Positions 18,211 through 26,538 of a DNA stretch of 32,000 nt are shown one piece after another. Origin of the DNA: Zestosphaera tikiterensis (GTDB taxonomy: Archaea; Thermoproteota; Thermoprotei_A; Sulfolobales; NBVN01); NCBI GenBank assembly GCA_003056265.1, contig NBVN01000002.1, positions 90,001 through 122,000 of the forward strand, read 5' to 3'. The notes beneath the pieces were generated by a model. The model was not told where the DNA came from and searched no databases. It saw only the letters and a list, made by a program, of their open reading frames with translations. Every line of letters begins with the position of its first letter. Within the stretch, counting starts at the first letter, position 1. The position numbers and the translations under genes are program-made.

Positions 18211-19266
18211 TTGGTGTTAAGCCTTGAAGACGAGATAAAGAGGTTTGTAATCTGTACGGATACTTGTCGAACCGTTGACTGTGTTCTTGTGTGTCTCTCT
18301 TTGGCGTTTTCCGAGATTAGCGATTTTGTCAAGGGTTTTCCGACAAGTGCTAGTGAGGAAAAATTGGTCAATGACTTTCTTAATCACCCTGATGTTAAGA
18401 GGGGTTTAGCGGGATTAACTGGTAGCACAGGAGCCTTAGAGATCAAGATTAATAAGGATCCCCGCTTTAAAAATCTCCGTCAATACATTCCTCAGATAAT
18501 AGACGTCATTAGACACGCTTCCGCAGAATATGCTCCTCAACGAGTATACCAAGACATTGAAAGACCCCCGTTATGGCGTATAGAGTACGAAGAGCGCGAA
18601 GCTGGGAAAATAGATGTGAGGGAGGTAACGCATCATACGAGCTACAAGAAATCCTATGCTGAGCGGTCTAGCAAAGAGACGAACATGGATTCCGGAAAGG
18701 CATATACTGTGCCAGTATTGCATCTAGATGAGACTCGGGGTGAGGAGAAAGGTAGAAGACACCTATCTCTCAGGATAAACACTTCGAAAACTTCTTTAGT
18801 TTTGTATGTACTGATGTTATTGATAAACGCTTATGTGTTTATAGAGATTCCATGGGTATCATACTACGGTAAGCAATACCGTATAGGTACACTGGAGATT
18901 ACAGAAGTTAGAGCAACTTATACAGGGTGGGATATGACACGCTTCTTTATAGAGCTTTGGCGACTTTTCAATGTACGTCCGCCAATATTTATGGTGTACT
19001 TTATCGGTTTGCTTATAGCGGTTATAGCTCTCGTAGTGAAATCTCCAGCTTTATCGACGATTTCTGGGTTGGCGATGCTTATCGGGTGGAACGATTTCTA
19101 TACATCGGCCACTCTACTTTACAAACTCTATCTCCAGCTCGTAGGTCTTCTCGGACTTATCTCCATAGAGTCCGCAGAATTGGAAGTAGGAGCAACACTT
19201 GGAGGTATTCTGTCGCTCCTACAATTAGTGATCGGAACATACTTAATTTACAAAGCATCGCACTGA
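18211..19266 (+). CDS. multi-pass membrane protein whose N-terminal ~135 aa are paralogous to residues ~175-305 of the divergent 804-aa protein
   Basis: Collinear shared motifs: CRT..C, (L)xHPxV, DxRFKxLR, RIEYExxExEAG, then (K/R)(R/H)LS(V/L) before the first TM helix. About 5 hydrophobic helices in the C-terminal half. TTG/GTG start; no ATG near the 5' end. Confidence 0.5.
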   Translation: MVLSLEDEIKRFVICTDTCRTVDCVLVCLSLAFSEISDFVKGFPTSASEEKLVNDFLNHPDVKRGLAGLTGSTGALEIKINKDPRFKNLRQYIPQIIDVIRHASAEYAPQRVYQDIERPPLWRIEYEEREAGKIDVREVTHHTSYKKSYAERSSKETNMDSGKAYTVPVLHLDETRGEEKGRRHLSLRINTSKTSLVLYVLMLLINAYVFIEIPWVSYYGKQYRIGTLEITEVRATYTGWDMTRFFIELWRLFNVRPPIFMVYFIGLLIAVIALVVKSPALSTISGLAMLIGWNDFYTSATLLYKLYLQLVGLLGLISIESAELEVGATLGGILSLLQLVIGTYLIYKASH

Positions 19267-19384
19267 AGTAACCGATTAGGATGATGAAGAGCATTATTTC
19301 CATACCTGAATTGCTAATAACCTTGATAATCTTTCATTAAAATTTAAATGTGTTTAGAAGCCTAAAATAGCTGGAGAAAGCTCT

Positions 19385-20800
19385 ATGAGTATAAAACAAA
19401 CGTTTTCAGAGGTAAAGATTCTTGCTATAGTAGCCACATTACTTATTCTATCACATCTTTTAATCATCGCTAAAGTGATGTATGCTCAAAGTACTGAATA
19501 CACATATGCTATAGCTGTGGTGAGTGTGCGTGCTGGTGTTAGAATTTCGTCTGGAACCTTTAAGATAGAGACTCCCAAACACCTGCTAGTAAACAGGAAT
19601 AACATTTTGAAGGTGTATTTTGAAAGAAGTGGAGATAGCAATGATGTTATTGTAATATTTACAATAGGAGCAAGAATTAACACTGCCGACGGTAGTAAAG
19701 AGTATAGTCTTCAAACAGTTTCATTTCCGCTAAAAGGTGATGCATCACAGCAAGCTTTGATAGATTTTAACGTTCCAGAGGAACTATATAGACAATCAAC
19801 AGATAAAAAAGTAAAGGTATTCGTGAAAGGTATGGTTTGCTCGCCAATGTATATAAGCACGTTCATTGATACGTGTAATATCGGTGAGAATATTCCTGCT
19901 GAAGCTTACCTTGTTTACGGCGTTCCTCAGCCTCAGTTGTCTGTGAGGGGTTTAGGTCTTGGTTATGTGAATATGTCGGTGGGCGAAGTTAGGAGTATAT
20001 TTATTGATGTTAATGCTATGTATGCACCAATACTTGTGAGAAGTGTCGACATATCTATCCCATCGTTTGTGGCTGTCTACATAAATACCCCGCTTCCTCT
20101 AAATGTAGGTGTTAATGAGTCTATACCTATCGCAATATCTGTGAAGGGTGTTCAGCCTGGTGCTGGGGTTATTGACGTAGCTATTCGTTATTATACAGGA
20201 GTTGATGAAAGGTACATCACCATATATATACCTGTCGTAGTTGAAGAGAAACACATCTTTGAACTTATTAATCAATACAGGTATGAATTGCAACAATTGC
20301 TACAAGATGTTGAAAATCTTGAGACACAACTAAATATAAGAATCAGCGATATACACGATTTGACACAGAGACTTGCAACAATATTCAATACGTTAGTAAA
20401 TCTTGAGCGTCAATATAGCGAAGCATTAAATAAGATAGACATAGCTTCATCGAAAACATCACAACTTAGCAATAGTATCACCAGCTTAACACAGCAACTC
20501 AATCAAGTCAATATAGAGATAGCTAACCAGAAAACAACGTTAGAAACACTTAATCGGTATACTAATAGCTTATCACAGCAAATTCAGCAACTAACACAAC
20601 AAATAAACCAAATAGAGAAAACTATAAACAATCTAAGCAGTTCAGTAAAAGACATCAGAGGTTACATAGACGAGCAGGACACCTCAATAAAAGAACTACA
20701 GCAAGTTATAGACAGAAACACTATATTGGTCTTAGGAATCACAGGCATATCCATAGCTACATTGATATTAGTTATAAGAATCATTAAAGGCAGATATTAA
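19385..20800 (+). CDS. surface protein with N-terminal signal/anchor, beta-rich ectodomain, long coiled coil and C-terminal TM anchor (SlaB-like architecture)
   Basis: ILAIVATLLILSHLLIIAKVMYA at the N-terminus. Heptad-rich region about residues 288-440 (LTQQLNQVNIEI, LSQQIQQLTQQINQIEKTI). C-terminal ILVLGITGISIATLILVIRII followed by KGRY. Confidence 0.6.
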   Translation: MSIKQTFSEVKILAIVATLLILSHLLIIAKVMYAQSTEYTYAIAVVSVRAGVRISSGTFKIETPKHLLVNRNNILKVYFERSGDSNDVIVIFTIGARINTADGSKEYSLQTVSFPLKGDASQQALIDFNVPEELYRQSTDKKVKVFVKGMVCSPMYISTFIDTCNIGENIPAEAYLVYGVPQPQLSVRGLGLGYVNMSVGEVRSIFIDVNAMYAPILVRSVDISIPSFVAVYINTPLPLNVGVNESIPIAISVKGVQPGAGVIDVAIRYYTGVDERYITIYIPVVVEEKHIFELINQYRYELQQLLQDVENLETQLNIRISDIHDLTQRLATIFNTLVNLERQYSEALNKIDIASSKTSQLSNSITSLTQQLNQVNIEIANQKTTLETLNRYTNSLSQQIQQLTQQINQIEKTINNLSSSVKDIRGYIDEQDTSIKELQQVIDRNTILVLGITGISIATLILVIRIIKGRY

Positions 20801-21048
20801 CACGTTAAAGACGTATTTGTTTTAACAAACTTTTTCTTTAACTGCGGATATTGCCGTTAATTAGCTGATGCTAAGTGATTTAAGACTCGTTAATCCAGTG
20901 CCTACCTTAACCTTATCTAGGAACACACCTCTAATGTATTTCATGAACGAGATTTGCTGTTTTAAACAGTGCTACACTCTATTACAATAGATTTATATTT
21001 TCCTCTATCGCTAAATAGGTTCTAGATGATGGCAATGACACCTAGGAA

Positions 21049-21174
21049 GATAGTAGCGCAAGTAAATGATAAAGAATTAAATATAAGAAGAATATAGAAG
21101 TTGTTGCCTAGCGTAAGGTCGATTTCTATTTAGCTCACTATTCTCTAACTTAACAACGATAGTAGCGCAAGTAA
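21049..21174. repeat. 17-nt direct repeat GATAGTAGCGCAAGTAA (21049-21065 and 21158-21174)
   Basis: Read directly. The second copy encodes the C-terminal LLALLS of the 291-aa protein. The first copy lies in a stop-bounded fragment (ATTSIFFLYLILYHLLALLSS*) downstream of that gene. Confidence 0.7.
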
Positions 21175-22020
21175 CGTGATTAATGCTGTCAGCCCTATTA
21201 AAAAATATCCTATTAAGAGGTAGGGGCGTATTCTTCTCTTTACGTCTAATACAACTTTAACGTTGTTGCTTCCTATAGGTATGTTTATATACTTATCGTT
21301 TGGTGCGATTTTCTTTAATACTTCTCTAGTTCGTTCATCCATTATTGTAGCTTCTTTAATTTTATTGGGTATTATTATTTTAATTTCTGAATATTTTTTA
21401 ACGGGTATTATTAATTCACCGTTATCTCCCGTTTTCATTGTAGCTTCATTAGCTATGATTATTCCTTTTTCAGGTGTTTCAACGTAAATTTTTACGTCAT
21501 AATTTGAAAGAGGTTTTTTGCCTTTCTGCACAATTATTTTTACCCCAACTATATCGCGTTGGTCGGCCTGACCTAAGGATTCCATATACTTAGTATACTG
21601 CTTCAGTATTTCCTCCGTAGGCAGTTTTCGTGAGGATTTTATAGTTAAAGAACATCCTGAAGCTAGTAATATTTCCTTTAAATATGGGTACATTAATGGT
21701 GCTCTATAGTACGTTACAAACGTTAATCGACCAATCTCTTGCCTGAAGACGTTGACATCAATCTTACCGCTAACTAAGAAATGTTTTAAATTATTGAGGG
21801 TATCTATAACTACTTCCTCAAATTTTTTACCGGCATCTTCATGGACGACCTCAACACGAGCGCCTTCATCTTCATTATACCACGTTACCGTCTTCCTATG
21901 TTCGATGTTTTTCCTATAGAATCTTGTGAAAAGCTCCGCAACAATTACGTTATATTTTCTTGTTAAGAAATCGTGTAAATCCTCGATCAAGTTCACACAC
22001 TCAAGTTTATAAGAATTCAC
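21145..22020 (-). CDS. hypothetical tail-anchored membrane protein
   Basis: 291 aa with no N-terminal signal sequence. Single C-terminal TM helix YLLIGYFLIGLTALITLLALLSLLS. Central beta-rich segment (VKIIVQKGKK...GELIIPVKK). No family recognised. Confidence 0.5.
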   Translation of the reverse strand: MNSYKLECVNLIEDLHDFLTRKYNVIVAELFTRFYRKNIEHRKTVTWYNEDEGARVEVVHEDAGKKFEEVVIDTLNNLKHFLVSGKIDVNVFRQEIGRLTFVTYYRAPLMYPYLKEILLASGCSLTIKSSRKLPTEEILKQYTKYMESLGQADQRDIVGVKIIVQKGKKPLSNYDVKIYVETPEKGIIIANEATMKTGDNGELIIPVKKYSEIKIIIPNKIKEATIMDERTREVLKKIAPNDKYINIPIGSNNVKVVLDVKRRIRPYLLIGYFLIGLTALITLLALLSLLS

Positions 22021-22319
22021 AACCCCACCTCTGCTGTCGTAGGTGGCTATAGGTTCTCTCCAACATTATATTGGAGTAAGAACAATATAACCTTTCCTTC
22101 CTTAATTATAAGTCATAGGTCTACTTATAGCAGTTGGAGACATCCGTGTCATAAACCTTATCCTTATGTATGGTTCTAGGAATGCGCTACCTCCGACGCT
22201 AGTATGGAAATCGTACTTGGGATAAATAGTTGGTCTTTGGTCTTAGCACCTATGTGTCATTATTGGTTGTCTAGGAAATAACGCGCGTTATGAGACTTTA
22301 GGAGAATCTAGTTTAGAGG

Positions 22320-22869
22320 TTATTTAGTGAAGTCTCCGTATGCCCTCTCAAGAGACTTTACGAACTGTTTAAGCATGGATGACGTTATATCGAGTACTGG
22401 AGGTGTCTTGCCCACACTCTTCTTAGACATAGCAAATAGCGATTTAGGCAATTTCAGCGTTATATCGAGAATGCTGGTCAATGCCAACGCAATTCCAGGG
22501 TATTTATCCTCAAACAACTGTTCTAGAAACCTATGCCACCTATTAGGTTTCTTGTTCGTCTCAGGGGGAAAGGTAGGCTCCCACTAAGGAACCAAGGTCT
22601 TCCCGTATCGTGTAGGTTCTTCTAGTTTCAGTTGTCTCTCTGGCATGGTAGCATCGCCTAAGTCTACGTACCTCATAACCAAGTCTATAACTGTGTTTCT
22701 TAGCTGGGGATTCGCTAAGCTAGCTTTAACTACTTGGATGAGGGTGTGGGGTCTCTATGCTCTCAATGGCTTAAATTTCTGTAAGCTCAGCCAGCTTCTC
22801 CGCCATTGGATATTCCAGAAGTTTTGTCAGTGCGGTATCAGCTACAGATGTCATCCTATTCTTGATCAT
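22320..22869 (-). pseudogene. decayed ORF of unknown family next to the 3' end of tRNA-Val
   Basis: A minus-strand frame of about 150 codons (RPHTLIQVVKASLANPQL...TLVP*WEPTFPPETNKKPNRWHRFLEQLFEDKYPG...GDFTK) is broken by an in-frame TAG at 22586-22584 and lacks a credible start. An upstream 32-codon ATG ORF (22869-) lies in another frame and is followed by several stops. Confidence 0.35.
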
Positions 22870-22985
22870 GATGGTGTAGGATGGGTGAATACCTAACTCA
22901 AGGCTTCTACACTTCTTCTAAAGATGCGTAAATACACTAGATTAATATATGGCTTGATATTCATGATGGGTAGTGGTGTTGGGTT

Positions 22986-23063
22986 TGGTGGGCCCGCGGG
23001 GACTCGAACCCCGGACCTCCGCCGTGTCAGGGCGGCGTCCTAACCAGGCTAGACGACGGGCCC
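22986..23063 (-). tRNA. tRNA-Val (anticodon GAC), CCA encoded
   Basis: The reverse complement folds by hand as a cloverleaf: GGGCCCG-TC-GTCT-AGCCTGGTTA-GGAC-G-CCGCC-CTGACAC-GGCGG-AGGTC-CGGGG-TTCGAGT-CCCCG-CGGGCCC-A-CCA. 7-bp acceptor stem, TTCGAGT T-loop, no intron. Confidence 0.9.
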
Positions 23064-23099
23064 TATACCAGAAAATCAACGAGTAAGACCTAATAAGTC

Positions 23100-24095
23100 T
23101 TACGTTTGTTGTGTTCTTTTAAGTTCTTCGTTTAGTAGTTCTATGAGTTTGCTTAGGTTTTCTTTAGGTATTCGAGCTCCTGCTGCGTTTTTATGTCCTC
23201 CTCCGCTACCTCCTATTGTTGGTGTTATTTTTCTAAGTGTGTTGTTTAGGTTTAGTTTTTTGTTTGTTGTTCTTAAGCTCATTACTATTAAGTCGTTCCT
23301 CACCTCTCCCGCGATCCCTACTTCCGTGTTTGCTGTTCTTAAAGTGTATATGGCTGCTATGGGTATGCTTCCAGGCGGGTTTAACACGTAGGCCACCCTC
23401 CCCTCAATTCTCACGTTTTGCTCTACCCAAGTCAGTAGTTTTTCGTTTTCCTGTGTTTGGTTTAAAGCTCTCTTAAGTAGTTCTTCATGTGTTGAAGGTC
23501 TTAAGTTCTTGCTTAGGTGGTTTACAACGTCTCTTTTTAGGTTGTATAGTTTTCTAGAGTTTTCAAGTCCTTGGGAGAGGATCCCCGCTTCGAAGTATAT
23601 CTGCCTCTTATCCCACCTACTTAAAGCCTCCTCAACCCACGGGGTTACGTCCGCGTAGTCTGCTATAGCCCCATAGAGAGCAACCCTATCGAAGTCTTTA
23701 CTTAGTTCTTTACGGTATTTCCTATACGTAAGTTCTGAGGTTGATGCTTCCTCAACGTAGTCTACGTAGGTTTCAGTAAAGCCTAAATCCTCCACGGAAG
23801 TGTTTAGGGGTGGTGGGTGGTGGTCTATATACGTTACTTCACCGCCGTAGTTTCTCAGGTAATTCCTTATGTTTTCAACGTGTGTTTCGTTGATGGCTAC
23901 GTCGACTATTATTAAATCGCCTGAGGCGAAGTTCGTTAAGTCTTCAAGCAGTCCCGCCGGGTGTGTGAAGAATACCTTAACTTCATCGTATCTGCTGCTT
24001 AAAGCGGCTTTAGCTATCGCTGCTGAGCAAACCCCGTCTGAGTCTCCATGAGCTAATATGGTTAGGGTCTTACCCACGGTTACCAACCGTCTCAA
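23100..24095 (-). CDS. DHH/DHHA1-family phosphoesterase (NrnA/RecJ-like)
   Basis: Motifs ILAHGDSDGVCSAA, YIDHHPPP (DHH) and GGSGGGHKNAAG (DHHA1 GGGH). Confidence 0.85.
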   Translation of the reverse strand: MRRLVTVGKTLTILAHGDSDGVCSAAIAKAALSSRYDEVKVFFTHPAGLLEDLTNFASGDLIIVDVAINETHVENIRNYLRNYGGEVTYIDHHPPPLNTSVEDLGFTETYVDYVEEASTSELTYRKYRKELSKDFDRVALYGAIADYADVTPWVEEALSRWDKRQIYFEAGILSQGLENSRKLYNLKRDVVNHLSKNLRPSTHEELLKRALNQTQENEKLLTWVEQNVRIEGRVAYVLNPPGSIPIAAIYTLRTANTEVGIAGEVRNDLIVMSLRTTNKKLNLNNTLRKITPTIGGSGGGHKNAAGARIPKENLSKLIELLNEELKRTQQT

Positions 24096-24634
24096 CTCCC
24101 TAGCTCTACTTCCGTGAATTTACTTAACGTTTCTTCAGCGTTTTTTCTTTCTTGTTGGTTTACCTCAACTACGCCGACCCCTACGTTCGGCATTCCTAGG
24201 AAGACGCATGTTTTATTGGGTGCTTCCTTAATTAAAGGAAGCGCCAGTAGGTCTTCCTCCCCGTCGATTACGATTAAGACTTTCAGGTTTTCCTCTACGG
24301 CTTCCTTCAGCGCTTTATTTAACGTTTTAATCGCTTCTAACGTTATATGTCCTGCTGGGTTTTTAACTTGGTATGTTTTGTTGAATTTGCTTGGGTCTAT
24401 CTCTACGTTCACTTCCTTCCTCTGTGTTTTTCCGTCTATAACGCATATGTTCGGTGTTTTACCTGCTTTAATTAACGTGTAGCATATTACGTCGCCTACG
24501 GCTATTACGTAATCGCATGTGGTTTTGTTTAATGCCTCCTCAACTGTTTTTATGGGGTTTTCCCCCGCGAATATTTTCTTAGGTCCTTCAGCTAGTTTAG
24601 GCCTTAACTCTTCAGGCATTTTAAGGGCTTTCAT
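24092..24634 (-). CDS. DUF359 / COG1909 protein, archaeal GTP-dependent dephospho-CoA kinase family
   Basis: VIAVGDVICYTL, ICVIDGKTQR, NPAGHIT and VIDGEEDLLALP match the conserved blocks I recall for DUF359. 4-nt overlap with the downstream DHH gene. Confidence 0.65.
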   Translation of the reverse strand: MKALKMPEELRPKLAEGPKKIFAGENPIKTVEEALNKTTCDYVIAVGDVICYTLIKAGKTPNICVIDGKTQRKEVNVEIDPSKFNKTYQVKNPAGHITLEAIKTLNKALKEAVEENLKVLIVIDGEEDLLALPLIKEAPNKTCVFLGMPNVGVGVVEVNQQERKNAEETLSKFTEVELGS

Positions 24635-24901
24635 GATCTACGCCTTCACTTTTCATTATCTTATTCCTCTCGTTTTTATTTTTGTTGTTTAATTTTATGT
24701 TTGAGGGTTGGTTTGATGATTCGATTAAGAGACGAAGGCAAGGGTGAGATTCAACTGAATGGAGCTTCTACCTTCGCTTGAGGTGTTTAGTGGAGGGGTG
24801 GGGAGGGTTTGAGCTATGAAGCTAGGCTCTCGGAATTCGGGGTAGAGTAAAGAATAGAGGTGATGGAGACAAGTAATTGAAAATACGATGGAGTCGAAAC
24901 C

Positions 24902-25477
24902 CTACGTGATGTCTTCTTTGGTTGCTAGTATTGCCCCTTCTTTTAGGAGTTGTTTTAAAGCTTCTTCGGATGTTTGTTTGTTTACGCCTGCTATCGCGTC
25001 GGTTAGGACTATGGTTTCATACCCTAGTTTTAAAGCGTCTAGGGCTGTTGCTTTAACGCAGTAGTCCGTCGCTATACCGCATATGAAGACCCTCTTAACT
25101 TTCTTTAGGGTTAGTACGTAGTGTAGGTTTGTGTTTTCGAACGCTGAATACGCTTCTTGATCTGGTTCGGTTGCTTTAGATATTATTATCGCTTCCTTAG
25201 GTAGTTTTAAGTTTGGGTGGAACTCAGCTCCTTTACTTCCTTTAACGCAGTGTGGTGGCCAGGGACCTCCCCGCGTCGTGAACGATATGTGGTTTTCAGG
25301 GTGCCAATCCCTACTCGCTACTATAGTTGCTTGAGCTTCCGTGAATAGCTTAACGTAGTCGTTTATCTTAGGTATTATTGACGTACAGCCTTCAACTGGT
25401 AGGGAACCACCCTCGCAGAAATCCACCTGCACATCAACTATTATAAGGGCTGAGTTCTTAACCACGCTTAACTTCAT
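24902..25477 (-). CDS. pncA: nicotinamidase/pyrazinamidase (isochorismatase family)
   Basis: ALIIVDVQVDFCEGGSLPV, SRDWHPENHISF (metal-binding His), ICGIATDYCVKATALDA (catalytic Cys). Confidence 0.85.
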   Translation of the reverse strand: MKLSVVKNSALIIVDVQVDFCEGGSLPVEGCTSIIPKINDYVKLFTEAQATIVASRDWHPENHISFTTRGGPWPPHCVKGSKGAEFHPNLKLPKEAIIISKATEPDQEAYSAFENTNLHYVLTLKKVKRVFICGIATDYCVKATALDALKLGYETIVLTDAIAGVNKQTSEEALKQLLKEGAILATKEDIT

Positions 25478-25598
25478 TCAACCCACCTGAAATACTTAAT
25501 TAATTAACGCTAATAACTTCATTTCAGACCATTATACAAAAACTCTATACTCAAAACAAGAAACCACCCACAACCTAACATAGCGGGAAGGGGAAGAG

Positions 25599-25628
25599 CT
25601 TATTAAGGGTTCAAACAATAATTAGATT
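25599..25628 (+). promoter_or_regulatory. AT-rich TATA-like candidates for the rRNA operon promoter
   Basis: CTTATTAAGG and AACAATAATTAGATT lie immediately upstream of the point where the sequence switches to GC-rich leader (about 25630). The transcription start is not determinable from sequence alone. Confidence 0.25.
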
Positions 25629-25629
25629 A

Positions 25630-25845
25630 CGGCGATAACGCCGCGGTTAAGGCGGCGGCTGGGTAGGACACGGGGTAAAACCCCGAGAGTGAAACACCGC
25701 CCTCCAACCGCGGCGACAACTCACGCTAACAGGAAATGGAGGCCCGAATAACCTGGGGCGCTAACCCCAGAACATTCGGGCCTGACAAGGGATCACCCCA
25801 AACCACGCAGTGGGTAGGTCCTCAACCCCGCGGCCTGCGGCCGCG
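25630..25845 (+). other. rRNA 5' external transcribed spacer with a leader helix and the 5' strand of the 16S processing stem
   Basis: CGCCGCGGTTAAGGCGGCGG (about 25641-25660) pairs with CCGCCCTCCAACCGCGGCG (about 25697-25716). GGGCCTGACAAGGGATCACCCCAAAC (about 25778-25804) is complementary to GTTTGGGGTGATCCCTTGATGAGGC in the ITS (about 28180-28205), bracketing 16S. Confidence 0.75.
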
Positions 25846-25922
25846 ACTCCGGTTGATCCTGCCGGACCCGACCGCTATCGGGGTGAGGCTAAGCCATGGG
25901 AGTCGAACGCCTCGAACACCGA

Positions 25923-25956
<34 letters not shown>

Positions 25957-26122
25957 CTACCCTCGGGACGGGGACAGTCCCGGGAAACTGGGGCTAATAC
26001 CCGATAGGTGAGGGCGCCTGGAAGGGTCCCTCACCGAAAGGGCTTCACGGGGATGTCCGTGAAGCCGCCCGAGGATGGGGCCACGGCCTATCAGGTAGTT
26101 GGCGGGGTAACGGCCCGCCAAG

Positions 26123-26161
<39 letters not shown>

Positions 26162-26168
26162 ATGGGCC

Positions 26169-26213
<45 letters not shown>

Positions 26214-26311
26214 CTCCGCAATGCGGGAAACCGTGACGGGGTCACCCCGAGTGCCCCGAAGAGGGGCTTTTCCCCGCTGTAAATAGGCGGGGGAATAAGC
26301 GGGGGGCAAGT

Positions 26312-26348
<37 letters not shown>

Positions 26349-26400
26349 ACCAGGCCTCACCCATTAACCTATTTAAACATGGGTTGAGGTCCGGCGCGGA
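26349..26400 (+). other. 16S mini-intron 1 (about 52 nt, no ORF)
   Basis: It interrupts the conserved CCCGCGAG|TGGTCGGGACGGTTATTGGGCCTAAAGCG. The intron ends form a helix (CCAGGCCTCACCC / GGGTTGAGGTCCGG). The 5' exon CCGCG pairs with the intron 3' end CGCGG, as expected for a bulge-helix-bulge substrate. Confidence 0.7.
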
Positions 26401-26538
26401 TGGTCGGGACGGTTATTGGGCCTAAAGCGCCCGTAGCCGGCCCGGTAAGTCCTCCCTTAAAACTCGGGGCTCAACCCCGAGCCGGGGAGGATACTGCCGG
26501 GCTAGGGGGCGGGAGAGGCCGAGGGTACTCCCGGGGTA

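Noticed and set aside
22327-22896. Plus-strand ORFs 22327-22587 and 22645-22896
   Set aside because: The translations look non-protein-like (Cys/Trp-rich, no motifs). The minus strand carries a longer, more protein-like but interrupted frame, so the region is treated as a minus-strand pseudogene.
767-24482. Antisense or alternative-frame ORFs nested in confidently called genes (for example 767-1174, 1047-1271, 1532-1744, 2826-3119, 3558-3818, 6868-7143, 9686-9943, 12324-12848, 13017-13463, 17053-17403, 18927-19271, 21263-21487, 23143-23476, 24114-24482)
   Set aside because: Each is fully overlapped by a longer ORF with clear family motifs on the other strand or in another frame. The translations are compositionally biased (Ser/Leu/Pro-rich mirror frames) with no recognisable motifs.
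24714-24758. Possible C/D-box sRNA (TGATGA ... GTGAGA ... CTGA) between the DUF359 gene and pncA
   Set aside because: The spacing does not fit: only about 5 nt between the putative C' box and the D box instead of about 10-12 nt of guide. There is no terminal stem and D' is degenerate.
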